From: a virus
Lineage: Duplodnaviria > Caudoviricetes
Length of the DNA: 58,509 bases
Direction: 5' to 3' (one strand)
Virus record (IMG/VR): IMGVR_UViG_3300005611_000027
Coordinates: 1 to 58,509 of that record
Part shown: positions 1 through 8,436 of the stretch, piece by piece
How the letters are laid out: the number at the start of each line of letters is the position of its first letter
Position numbering within the stretch: position 1 is the stretch's first letter
Made by a program: the position numbers and the translations under genes
The notes under the pieces: generated by a model
The model's input: the letters and a program-made list of their open reading frames with translations, nothing else
What the model was told of the DNA's origin: nothing
Database searches by the model: none

Positions 1-195
1 CCGTTTGGCGGTGTGTTCCGCACACAGGTTAAGCTGGATGTTGCGGAAAGTCAGATTTACTATCCTTTTGCGTATCCAATTAAGGTGACGGAAAAGTCGG
101 ACGTAGAAGTACGGGCTATCTGTAACAAGAACCAGAGTAACGCTATGTCGGCGTCTTTTAACGGCGTTCTAGTAGACAACGGAGATAACCTCTGA
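1..195 (+). CDS. C-terminal part of a virion beta-rich protein (likely continues 58172-58509)
   Basis: Frame open from base 1 (PFGGVFRTQ...EKSDVEVRA...); the ORF at the right edge has no stop. Confidence 0.65.
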   Translation, partial: PFGGVFRTQVKLDVAESQIYYPFAYPIKVTEKSDVEVRAICNKNQSNAMSASFNGVLVDNGDNL

Positions 196-479
196 TGGCT
201 ACCACCAAGGACGTTAAGCGGCTTCCTTCGGGGCGAATCAGCTATCGCGGTGAGACGTTTGCGGGGTTTAACAAGCCCAAGCGCACTCCCGGTAAAAACA
301 AGAAAAGTGCGGTTCTTGCTAAGAAGGGCCCCGAGATTAAGCTAGTTCGATTTGGCGATCCAAACATGTCGATCAAAAAAGACCAGCCGGGTCGCAAGAA
401 AAACTTTCGTGCTCGCCATTCTTGTGATACCGCCAAGGATAAGTTTAGCGCCCGTTATTGGTCCTGTAAGGCTTGGTGA
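195..479 (+). CDS. Small basic phage protein
   Basis: 94 aa, K/R-rich, motifs LVRFGDPNM and NFRARHSC...SARYWSCKAW; GGAG upstream. Confidence 0.8.
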   Translation: MATTKDVKRLPSGRISYRGETFAGFNKPKRTPGKNKKSAVLAKKGPEIKLVRFGDPNMSIKKDQPGRKKNFRARHSCDTAKDKFSARYWSCKAW

Positions 480-483
480 TCCG

Positions 484-693
484 ATGTCTGAGCCTGACCT
501 CCAAGAGATTGACAAGAAAGTCACGGTGATCGAAGCCATCCTTCACCGTTTAGAGACAAATCATCTTGCTCACATTGAAAAGGACGTAGCGTCTCTGGAC
601 AAGAGGGTTTGGATGATTCTGGGCGGTATCACCCTACAGTTGGCGGCCTTGCTGATAGCAGTCGTGGGTGCCGTTATGGCGTTTTTAGCATGA
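484..693 (+). CDS. Small coiled-coil protein with C-terminal transmembrane helix
   Basis: MSEPDLQEIDKK...LETNHLAHIEKD followed by a hydrophobic segment. Confidence 0.7.
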   Translation: MSEPDLQEIDKKVTVIEAILHRLETNHLAHIEKDVASLDKRVWMILGGITLQLAALLIAVVGAVMAFLA

Positions 694-920
694 AGAGCCG
701 CGTTAACCTTGGAGCCGGGGCCTGTAAGCCTGTAAGGATGCGTAAGGGCGGCGTGGTACGCAAGAAAGAGGGCGGCACAATTTGTCCCGAGGGTAAAGCT
801 TGGGCAAAGCGCACCTTTGACAAATACCCGTCAGCCTACGCTAATCTGGCGGCTTCGAAATACTGTAAAGATCCAAACTACGCCAAGTCTTCCAAGAAGC
901 GGAGGAAGAAAAGTGGCTAA
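690..920 (+). CDS. Small basic protein (MRKGGVV motif)
   Basis: ATGA overlap with previous stop; ICPEGKAWAKRTFDKYPSAYAN. Confidence 0.75.
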   Translation: MKSRVNLGAGACKPVRMRKGGVVRKKEGGTICPEGKAWAKRTFDKYPSAYANLAASKYCKDPNYAKSSKKRRKKSG

Positions 921-1248
921 AGGTAAACTTCAGGAGTGGCTTGATGAAGACTGGGTTCGGATTGATAGCTCGGGGAATATCGCGGGTGAATGCGGTACTT
1001 CTAAAAACAAGAAAAACCCTGACCGATGCCTTCCTCGCAGCAAAGCGCAAAGTCTCAGCAAAGGTGAGCGCAAGTCTACTGCGAATAAGAAAAAGCGTGA
1101 AGGCTCTAAAGGAAAGCAGTTTGTCCGTAATACGAAAGCTGCGACCGTAAAGCGTATGGAGGCTGGCGGTGCTGTTGGGGATCGCCGTTTCCACAAAGGC
1201 TGCGGTGCCGTGATGAGCGGTCGCCGCAAGAAGACACGGTATGCGTGA
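913..1248 (+). CDS. Small basic protein (DUF5872-like)
   Basis: GTG start after GGAGG; WLDEDWVRI...CLPRSKAQSLS...MEAGGAV. Confidence 0.7.
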   Translation: MAKGKLQEWLDEDWVRIDSSGNIAGECGTSKNKKNPDRCLPRSKAQSLSKGERKSTANKKKREGSKGKQFVRNTKAATVKRMEAGGAVGDRRFHKGCGAVMSGRRKKTRYA

Positions 1249-1814
1249 TGGAGTTCACGGTCGGGATTGAACGGGACATTTGCACGGAAATCCGGGCTTG
1301 GTCTGAGCACGCGATTGAAAAAGCCTCTCCCATCTTCAACAATCTGCCGCCTTGTCCGTATGCCCGGAAGAGTTGGGAAGAAGACAAGGTTCTCATCTTG
1401 TTCAAGCACGAGTCTGGATACCAGACGCTTTACAAGGTGCTTTCGGAGTTTGAGGATCGGTACGACGTTGTGATGCTGGTGGAAACGGTGTTTCGGGAAG
1501 ACCCCGACGCATATCATCAGTACTTGGATGACCTGAACGACGCCGTTTCGGAAGGTTTTTTCATTGATCGGGATATGTGGGTTATGGGTTTCCATCCTTC
1601 CGACGACCCAGACGAACAACTTGATGGTGGCACTTTCAATCCTTTGGTAGAGGAAGAGTACGCAATTACCTTTATCCAGAGGCTTTCAAAGCTCCAAGAA
1701 GCGGCAGACAAGCTGAAAGAAAAAGGGTACTATGACGGCTATGAAGCAGACACAAATGCTTCGGATATTTATGCGCGACGAGAACGCCTGTATCGTCGTC
1801 TGATAGGAGATTAA
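1248..1814 (+). CDS. Conserved acidic phage protein (DUF1415-like PCPYA motif)
   Basis: NLPPCPYARKSW and WVMGFHP motifs; coupled to previous stop. Confidence 0.65.
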   Translation: MEFTVGIERDICTEIRAWSEHAIEKASPIFNNLPPCPYARKSWEEDKVLILFKHESGYQTLYKVLSEFEDRYDVVMLVETVFREDPDAYHQYLDDLNDAVSEGFFIDRDMWVMGFHPSDDPDEQLDGGTFNPLVEEEYAITFIQRLSKLQEAADKLKEKGYYDGYEADTNASDIYARRERLYRRLIGD

Positions 1815-1815
1815 A

Positions 1816-1983
1816 ATGGCTATGAAACCAAGAGTCCGGCTCGGCAACGGCGGCCCCGTCAAGAAGATGCGCGGCGGCGGCATGGTTAAGAAGATGCGCG
1901 GTGGTGGTATGGTTAAGAAGATGCGCGGCGGCGGCATGGTTAAGAAGATGCGCGGCGGCGGCATGGTCAAAAAAGGAAAGTGA
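1816..1983 (+). CDS. 55-aa basic repeat peptide MAMKPRVRLGNGGPV(KKMRGGGMV)x4KKGK
   Basis: AGGAG RBS, ATG 1816, TGA 1981-1983; below the ORF-track size cutoff. Confidence 0.8.
   Translation: MAMKPRVRLGNGGPVKKMRGGGMVKKMRGGGMVKKMRGGGMVKKMRGGGMVKKGK
1861..1968 (+). repeat. 4 x 27-nt coding tandem repeat
   Basis: AAGAAGATGCGCGGCGGCGGCATGGTT units with only synonymous variation. Confidence 0.95.
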
Positions 1984-1991
1984 ACTAGCTG

Positions 1992-2654
1992 ATGGCGGTC
2001 TCGGGCAGCACCGACTTCGAACTCGATGTATCTGACTACATCGAAGAAGCCTTTGAGCGCTGTGGCCTTGAAGTTCGTACTGGGTACGACCTCAAGACCG
2101 CAAAGCGTTCGCTTAACCTTATGTTGGCCGAGTGGGCTAACCGCGGCCTGAACCAGTGGACCATCGCGCAGCGCTCTCAGGCTCTCACACAGGGCGACGG
2201 CGAATACACGATTGGCACGGATGTCATCGACATTTTGTCCGTTGTGGTTCGTCGGGATGGGACGGACTACTCCTTGGACCGTCTTAGTCGTGAAGAGTAC
2301 CTGACTATTCCTACGAAGACGACGCAGGGACGCCCTTCACAGTTTTTCTTGGACCGCCAGATCGACCCTAACCTTAAGATCTGGCCGATCCCTGAGAACA
2401 GCACTGACGTTCTGTATTATGACGCCCTGACGCGTATGGATGACGCGGACACGTTTACCAATACGCTTGACGTGCCCTTCCGCTTTTACCCCTGTCTTGC
2501 AGCCGGGCTGGCTTACTACATCGCTATCAAACGCTCTCCGCAGCGTGTGCAGCTTTTGAAAGCCGTATATGAGGAAGAGATGGAGCGAGCCATTCAGGAA
2601 GACCGGGATCGTGCCTCATTCACCATTGAACCTGCTTACCAGTATCTTAGGTAG
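1992..2654 (+). CDS. Head-tail adaptor / tail tubular protein
   Basis: 220 aa, IEEAFERCG...SLNLMLAEWANRGLN; position in tail module. Confidence 0.7.
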   Translation: MAVSGSTDFELDVSDYIEEAFERCGLEVRTGYDLKTAKRSLNLMLAEWANRGLNQWTIAQRSQALTQGDGEYTIGTDVIDILSVVVRRDGTDYSLDRLSREEYLTIPTKTTQGRPSQFFLDRQIDPNLKIWPIPENSTDVLYYDALTRMDDADTFTNTLDVPFRFYPCLAAGLAYYIAIKRSPQRVQLLKAVYEEEMERAIQEDRDRASFTIEPAYQYLR

Positions 2655-2659
2655 CCATT

Positions 2660-2962
2660 ATGCCTAAGTTCGCCACCGGAAAAAACTCTTACGCTATCTC
2701 GGACCGTTCCGGGCAGCGCTATCGCTATCGGGACATGCGAAAAGAGTGGAACGGCCTGTTGGTGGGCAAGGATGAGTACGAGCCCAAGCATCCGCAACTA
2801 TACCCATATCCGCCCGTTACGGACCCGCAGGCTTTGAAGAATGCTCGGCCTGATCGTGTAGAACCTATGGATGTGCCGGTCGGTGGGGGTGGGTTTCCCG
2901 ACCGAGGTGTAGATACGCACCTTGTCTCTAGCGTTGGCTTTGTGACTGTGGTGACGACATGA
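2660..2962 (+). CDS. Conserved virion-module protein
   Basis: AISDRSG...EWNGLLVG.DEYEPKHPQL...DPQALKNARPD. Confidence 0.7.
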   Translation: MPKFATGKNSYAISDRSGQRYRYRDMRKEWNGLLVGKDEYEPKHPQLYPYPPVTDPQALKNARPDRVEPMDVPVGGGGFPDRGVDTHLVSSVGFVTVVTT

Positions 2963-3606
2963 CCTATACATACTCTGAGCTTAAACAAGCTATTCAGGAT
3001 TACACGGAAAACGACGAAACAACCTTCGTCAACAACCTTAATAACTTCATTCAGAACACCGAGGAGCGGATCCTTAAAGGTGTTCAACTTACGGTTTTTC
3101 GTAAAAACGCATCGGGTAGTGCTACAACGGGTAACCAGTATCTGGCCGCTCCGACAGATTTTCTTGCGCCGTACTCTATGTCGGTGGTTAACGGGTCGAA
3201 CAAGGAGTTCCTTCTGTACAAGGATGTTAACTTCTTGCAGTCATACAACCCCAATCCGGCCTCGACGGGAACGCCTAAGTACTACGGATATTTTGACGTA
3301 GATAACTTCATCTTGGCCCCCACCCCCGATGCGGATTACAGCGTAGAAATCCACTATTTGTATCGACCTGCCAGTCTGACGACGCAGGGTGACTCCGGAA
3401 CGACGTGGTTGAGCCAAAACGCTCCTGTTGCTATGCTGTATGGCAGCCTCGTAGAGGCGTATACCTTTATGAAGGGTGAGCCTGACGTGATCCAGAACTA
3501 CGCCCAACAGTTCGTTAACAGCTTGGGTCAGTTGAAGAATTACGGCGAAGCCATCGAAGATACCGATGCGTATCGCACAGGTCTGATTGTCCGGGATAAA
3601 GTCTAA
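2959..3606 (+). CDS. Adaptor / tail ring protein
   Basis: 215 aa, GTPKYY...ILAPTPD...LYGSLVEAY.FMKG. Confidence 0.7.
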   Translation: MTYTYSELKQAIQDYTENDETTFVNNLNNFIQNTEERILKGVQLTVFRKNASGSATTGNQYLAAPTDFLAPYSMSVVNGSNKEFLLYKDVNFLQSYNPNPASTGTPKYYGYFDVDNFILAPTPDADYSVEIHYLYRPASLTTQGDSGTTWLSQNAPVAMLYGSLVEAYTFMKGEPDVIQNYAQQFVNSLGQLKNYGEAIEDTDAYRTGLIVRDKV

Positions 3607-3899
3607 TGTTTAAGTTCGAGGTAAGTGTCCCAGAAGAACCCATCGTAACGGTGAAAACCACGGAAAACCGAGGTTTTTCCCCGGACGAGGTAGCCGAGAG
3701 GTGTGTGGAAAAGCTGATTTCTGTTTCAGATACGGCTCATCCGGCTCTCCGCGACCAAGCTCGCGCCTTTCAACGTCACATGGAGAAGGTTGTAGCTTTC
3801 TATATGCGAGAGGCCATCAAAAGTGATAGAACTACAATTTACAACGCCCTGTGTGACGCAGGGCATCCTGAACTTGCAAAAGCTATAAGGAGGCTCTAA
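3606..3899 (+). CDS. Hypothetical conserved phage protein
   Basis: Translationally coupled 97-aa ORF. Confidence 0.75.
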   Translation: MFKFEVSVPEEPIVTVKTTENRGFSPDEVAERCVEKLISVSDTAHPALRDQARAFQRHMEKVVAFYMREAIKSDRTTIYNALCDAGHPELAKAIRRL

Positions 3900-4330
3900 T
3901 GGCCATCACGCAGGCAATGTGCACGTCGTTCAAGCAAGAACTGATGACGGGTACCCATGACTTCACCACCTCGACGGGTAACACCTTCAAGCTGGCTCTG
4001 TATACCAGTTCGGCCACGCTGGGTGCGACCACAACGGCTTATTCCGCGACCAATGAGGCCAGCGGCACCGGGTATAGCGCAGGCGGCGGTACTCTGACTA
4101 ACGTCACCCCGACGACCAGCGGTACGACCGCGCTGACCGATTTTGCGGATCTGACCTTCTCGTCGGCCACTATTACGGCTAACGGAGCTCTGATCTACAA
4201 CGATACGGCAGCGGGCGATCCGTCTGTTGTTGTTCTGGCGTTTGGCGGCGATAAGACTTCGACAGCGGGGGACTTTACCATTCAGTTCCCGACCGCCGAC
4301 GCGAGTAACGCCATCATCCGTATCGCGTAA
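3899..4330 (+). CDS. Virion structural protein (fibre-associated)
   Basis: MAITQAMCTSFKQEL...FKLALYTSSA; T/S/A-rich; AGGAGG RBS. Confidence 0.75.
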   Translation: MAITQAMCTSFKQELMTGTHDFTTSTGNTFKLALYTSSATLGATTTAYSATNEASGTGYSAGGGTLTNVTPTTSGTTALTDFADLTFSSATITANGALIYNDTAAGDPSVVVLAFGGDKTSTAGDFTIQFPTADASNAIIRIA

Positions 4331-4348
4331 GCAAGAAGCCCTCGACCC

Positions 4349-6169
4349 ATGTCCGATTTCAGCGGTTGGGGCCGCGCGGGTTGGGGGGAGGGCCCGTGGG
4401 GTGTAAGTTTACCTAATCCCAACCTAACCGGCTGGAGCCGCGGAAGTTGGGGGGAAGGTGCTTGGGGGTCTTCCCTACCGGTAGCCGTCTCAGGTGTTTC
4501 AGCGTCTTCGGGCGTTGGAAGCGTAACGGTTACGGGAGAGGTAGGCGTCTCAGTAACAGGTCTTGCTGCCACGGGCGCAGCAGGTGCTGCTTCTGTTTCC
4601 ACAGAACAAGTCTTAGCCGTAACGGGAACTCCTGCCACAGGGGCTGTCGGTTCTGTTGTAGCAGAGGCCTCCTCCGATGTGCCCGTGACAGGCCTTGCGG
4701 CTGCCGGGGCTGTCGGTTCTGTTGTAGTAGATGCGGCCTCCGCTGTACTTGTAACGGGAAATCCTGCCACAGGTTCTGTCGGCTCTGTTGTAGTAGACGC
4801 CTCCTCCGATGTACCTGTAACAGGCCTATCTGCCACAGGTGCTGTCGGTTCTGTTCTGGTGCAGGCCGATCAAGTCTTAGCCGTAACGGGTGTTGAGGCT
4901 ACGGGCGGGCTTGGCAGTGTTACGGTAGAGGCCGCCTCCGATGTACTTGTAACAGGCATAGCTGCTACAGGCTCTGTTGGTTCTGTCAGTGTAATAACCG
5001 GCTTGATTGTAGCTGTATCCGGTGCCTCCGCTACAGGTTCTGTTGGCTCTGTTGTAGTAGAGGCCTCCTCCGATGTACCTGTAACAGGCCTATCAGCTAC
5101 AGGGGCTGTCGGTTCTGTTTCGGTACAGACCGATCAAGTCTTAGCCGTAACAGGCCTTGCGGCTACGGGCGGGCTTGGCAGTGTTACGGTAGAGGCCGCC
5201 TCCGATGTACTTGTAACAGGCCTATCAGCTACAGGTTCTGTTGGCTCTGTTGTAGTAGAGGCCGCCTCCAATGTACTTGTAACAGGCCTATCAGCTACGG
5301 GCGCTCTTGGTTCTGTTGTAGTAGATGCTGCCTCCGATGTACCTGTAACAGGCCTATCAGCTACAGGTTCTGTTGGCTCTGTTGTAGTAGAGGCCGCCTC
5401 CAATGTACTTGTAACAGGTGTTACCGTCGCAGGTTCTGTCGGCTCTGTTGTAGTAGACGCCTCCTCCGATGTACTTGTAACGGGAACTCCTGCCACAGGG
5501 GCTGTCGGCTCTGTTATAGTAGAGGCCGCCTCCAATGTACCTGTAACAGGTCTATCTGCCACAGGTTCTGTCGGTTCTGTTTCGGTACAGACCGATCAAG
5601 TCTTAGCCGTAACAGGCCTATCTGCCACAGGTTCTGTCGGTTCTGTTGTAGCAGAGGCCTCCTCCGATGTGCCCGTAACAGGCCTTGCGGCTGCCGGGGC
5701 TGTCGGCTCTGCTGTAGTAGACGCCGCCTCCGATGTACCTGTAACAGGCCTAGTAGCTACAGGGGCTGTTGGCTCTGTTGTAGCAGATGCCGCCGCTGAC
5801 GTGCCTGTAACAGGCCTATCTGCCACAGGTTCTGTCGGTTCTGTTTCGGTACAGACCGATCAGGTCTTAGCCGTAACAGGCCTATCTGCCACAGGTTCTG
5901 TCGGTTCTGTTGTAGTAGATGCTGCCTCCGATGTACCTGTAACAGGCCTTGCGGCTGCCGGGGCTGTCGGCTCGGTAACCGTTGATACAACCAACGTAGT
6001 TGAAGTAAGTGGTTTGTCGGCCACAGGTTCTTCTGGTAAAGTAAACGTGTGGCAGGACATCCTTCCTACCCAAAACCCTGACTGGCAGGACATCCTTTTT
6101 ACCCAAAACCCTGACTGGCAGAGGATCGCGTCAAATCAAGTACCGAATTGGGTAAAAATAGCGGCATAA
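4349..6169 (+). CDS. Repetitive fibre-like structural protein
   Basis: 606 aa; GWGR.GWG.G.W N-terminus, about 22 copies of a 22-aa VTGLSATGSVGSV repeat. Confidence 0.8.
   Translation: MSDFSGWGRAGWGEGPWGVSLPNPNLTGWSRGSWGEGAWGSSLPVAVSGVSASSGVGSVTVTGEVGVSVTGLAATGAAGAASVSTEQVLAVTGTPATGAVGSVVAEASSDVPVTGLAAAGAVGSVVVDAASAVLVTGNPATGSVGSVVVDASSDVPVTGLSATGAVGSVLVQADQVLAVTGVEATGGLGSVTVEAASDVLVTGIAATGSVGSVSVITGLIVAVSGASATGSVGSVVVEASSDVPVTGLSATGAVGSVSVQTDQVLAVTGLAATGGLGSVTVEAASDVLVTGLSATGSVGSVVVEAASNVLVTGLSATGALGSVVVDAASDVPVTGLSATGSVGSVVVEAASNVLVTGVTVAGSVGSVVVDASSDVLVTGTPATGAVGSVIVEAASNVPVTGLSATGSVGSVSVQTDQVLAVTGLSATGSVGSVVAEASSDVPVTGLAAAGAVGSAVVDAASDVPVTGLVATGAVGSVVADAAADVPVTGLSATGSVGSVSVQTDQVLAVTGLSATGSVGSVVVDAASDVPVTGLAAAGAVGSVTVDTTNVVEVSGLSATGSSGKVNVWQDILPTQNPDWQDILFTQNPDWQRIASNQVPNWVKIAA
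4550..6040 (+). repeat. 66-nt coding tandem repeat array
   Basis: GTAACAGGCC recurs at 66-nt spacing (e.g. 5081, 5147). Confidence 0.9.
6050..6121 (+). repeat. 33-nt tandem duplication (WQDILxTQNPD)
   Basis: TGGCAGGACATCCTT..TACCCAAAACCCTGAC twice. Confidence 0.9.
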
Positions 6170-6179
6170 GGACAAGGCG

Positions 6180-7193
6180 ATGACTTCATCCTATACTTCT
6201 AACTTGGGCATTGAGAAGCCCGCTACTGGAGACCAGTCCGGTACATGGGGTGATACCGTCAATGTCAACATGGACATTGTGGACCGCGCCATTAACGGCG
6301 TCGGCGCAATTTCGCTGAGTGGAACTACCCATACCCTTACGACCACCGACGGCACTTTGTCTGATGGTATGTACAAAGTGCTGGTTTTGGGCGGTTCTCC
6401 TTCGGGAACAAATACCATTACGATTTCTCCGAACGACCAAGACAAGTTGTATTTTGTCTACAACAACTCGGGTCAGTCCGCGATTTTCTCGCAGGGTAGC
6501 GGCGCAAACGTAACCGTTGCGAACGGCGACACAAAGCTGATTTATGCCGACGGGGCGGGGGCTGGAGCCGCGGTTTCTGACTTTACGGCCAATCTGGCTA
6601 TGAGTTCGGTAAACATTACGGGTGGCTCCGTAACGGGAATTACGAATCTTGCTGCCAGCAGTGTCTCAATCACAGGCGGATCGATCACAGGCATCACAGA
6701 TATTGCCGTAGCTGACGGCGGCACAGGAGCCTCTGACGCGGCTGCTGCGCGGTCTAACCTTGGTGCTGCTGCGTCTGGATCAAACAGCGACATCACCGCG
6801 CTGACCGGGTTGACGACAGACCTTAGTGTGGCGCAAGGCGGCACAGGTGCTTCAGACGCAGCCACTGCCCGAACCAACCTTGGTGTAGCAACGCAGTCAT
6901 GGTCCGGGATTTTGCTTCTGCCTGACAACCAAAGCTACACGCTGGTCCTGAACTGCCCTTTCGCTGGCACTATCACCAAAACAACTACGAAATCAGCAAG
7001 CGGCACTTGCACTGCCACCTTTAAGATCAACACCACCGCTCTAGGTGGTACGGCAAACAGTGTAAGTTCATCGGAGCAAGAGCAATCGCATAGTTCCGCA
7101 AACGCTTTCGTTGCGGGTGACGACATTGTAGTGACGATTTCATCGAACAGTTCATGCGTCGATGCTTCGTTCACGATCGAGTACACCCGATGA
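6180..7193 (+). CDS. Tail fibre protein
   Basis: N-terminal ATGDQSGTWG anchor; GGTGASDAA.AR.NLG fibre repeats. Confidence 0.8.
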   Translation: MTSSYTSNLGIEKPATGDQSGTWGDTVNVNMDIVDRAINGVGAISLSGTTHTLTTTDGTLSDGMYKVLVLGGSPSGTNTITISPNDQDKLYFVYNNSGQSAIFSQGSGANVTVANGDTKLIYADGAGAGAAVSDFTANLAMSSVNITGGSVTGITNLAASSVSITGGSITGITDIAVADGGTGASDAAAARSNLGAAASGSNSDITALTGLTTDLSVAQGGTGASDAATARTNLGVATQSWSGILLLPDNQSYTLVLNCPFAGTITKTTTKSASGTCTATFKINTTALGGTANSVSSSEQEQSHSSANAFVAGDDIVVTISSNSSCVDASFTIEYTR

Positions 7194-7966
7194 GTTTGAT
7201 TATCCTCGCACAGATTCCGACGACTTACACGGCGGCAACGGGCGGGTCAGTAACTACTGATGGTGACTACAAGGTTCACACCTTTAACTCTAGCGGTACC
7301 TTTACCGTCACAAGTGTAGGAAATGACAACACTGTTGAATATCTGGTAGTTGCTGGCGGCGGCGCGGGAGGTTCTTCAGATGGTGGCGGCGGCGGTGCTG
7401 GGGGTTATTTAACAGCCACAGGAATGACAATCACCGCTACCAGTTATTCTGTGGTAGTCGGCGCGGGCGGTGCTGGAGGTGTTAATACCGCAGGCGGAAA
7501 CGGAAATACTAGTAGCTTTAATGCTGTTTCTTCTACGGGCGGAGGCGGCGGGGCAAGAGCGGCCAACAGCGGCAGTTCTGGCGGCTCAGGCGGAGGCGCA
7601 GGACGGAATGGTGGTTCTGGCGGCACAGGCATTGTTGGACAAGGATTTAATGGTGGAGTGGGTAACGGAACTGTCGGAGGCGGTGGTGGTGGTGCATCAG
7701 AAGTTGGGGGTGCAGATGGTACTGGATACGGCGGTGACGGAAAGTCGTCTTCTATAACAGGCAGTAGCGTGTTTCGAGCAGGCGGCGGCGCAGGGCAGGA
7801 TACTGGTTCTGGAACGGGTGGGATCGGTGGCGGGGGAAGTTCGGTTAGTGGTTTGGGTGATGCTGGGACGGTCAACACGGGCGGCGGCGGCGGCGCTTCG
7901 GACGGGGCACGGGCAGGCGGGTCCGGCGGCTCTGGCGTCGTCATCATCCGCTACAAATTCCAGTAG
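7190..7966 (+). CDS. Glycine-rich tail tip / receptor-binding protein
   Basis: HTFNSSGTF, EYLVVAGGG, GGSGVVIIRY glycine-rich domain. Confidence 0.8.
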   Translation: MSLIILAQIPTTYTAATGGSVTTDGDYKVHTFNSSGTFTVTSVGNDNTVEYLVVAGGGAGGSSDGGGGGAGGYLTATGMTITATSYSVVVGAGGAGGVNTAGGNGNTSSFNAVSSTGGGGGARAANSGSSGGSGGGAGRNGGSGGTGIVGQGFNGGVGNGTVGGGGGGASEVGGADGTGYGGDGKSSSITGSSVFRAGGGAGQDTGSGTGGIGGGGSSVSGLGDAGTVNTGGGGGASDGARAGGSGGSGVVIIRYKFQ

Positions 7967-7973
7967 GTTAATT

Positions 7974-8303
7974 ATGGCACATTTCGCAGAACTTGATGAA
8001 AACAACGTGGTTCTCCGCGTAGTCGTAGTTGCCGACGAGCATGAGGCTGACGGCGAAAATTGGTGTGTTAATTTCTTCGGCGGCGGCAAATGGAAGCAGA
8101 CCTCTTACAACGGGAACATTCGATACAATTATGCGGGCATTGGCTTCACATACGACCCGGTTGCTGATGCGTTTTATGGGCCACAGCCGTTTCCGTCATG
8201 GTCGTTAGACAGCAGCTACAGATGGCAAGCACCCATTCCACATCCGTCAGATGGCTCTCGCTACACATGGGACGAAGACCAGCTTTCGTGGGTTGAGCAG
8301 TGA
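7974..8303 (+). CDS. Fibre-associated chaperone-like protein
   Basis: MAHFAELDENNVV...WKQTSYN...YAGIG...PQPFPSW, typically follows Gly-rich tail proteins. Confidence 0.7.
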   Translation: MAHFAELDENNVVLRVVVVADEHEADGENWCVNFFGGGKWKQTSYNGNIRYNYAGIGFTYDPVADAFYGPQPFPSWSLDSSYRWQAPIPHPSDGSRYTWDEDQLSWVEQ

Positions 8304-8428
8304 TGCGCTCCGCCCTCGTTATAGCCGCGTGTCTGTTCGCAACGCCGCTCTCTGCACAGCAGCAGATCGTGTGCGTACCTGACACGGCTTCGGCAGATGA
8401 GGCAGCGCGCAACGCGGGCGAGATCTAG
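8303..8428 (+). pseudogene. Truncated signal-peptide gene (41 aa), apparent remnant related to 48716-49030
   Basis: MRSALVIAACLFATPLSAQQQIVCVPDTASADEAARNAGEI then stop. Confidence 0.5.
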
Positions 8429-8436
8429 GAACGGCG

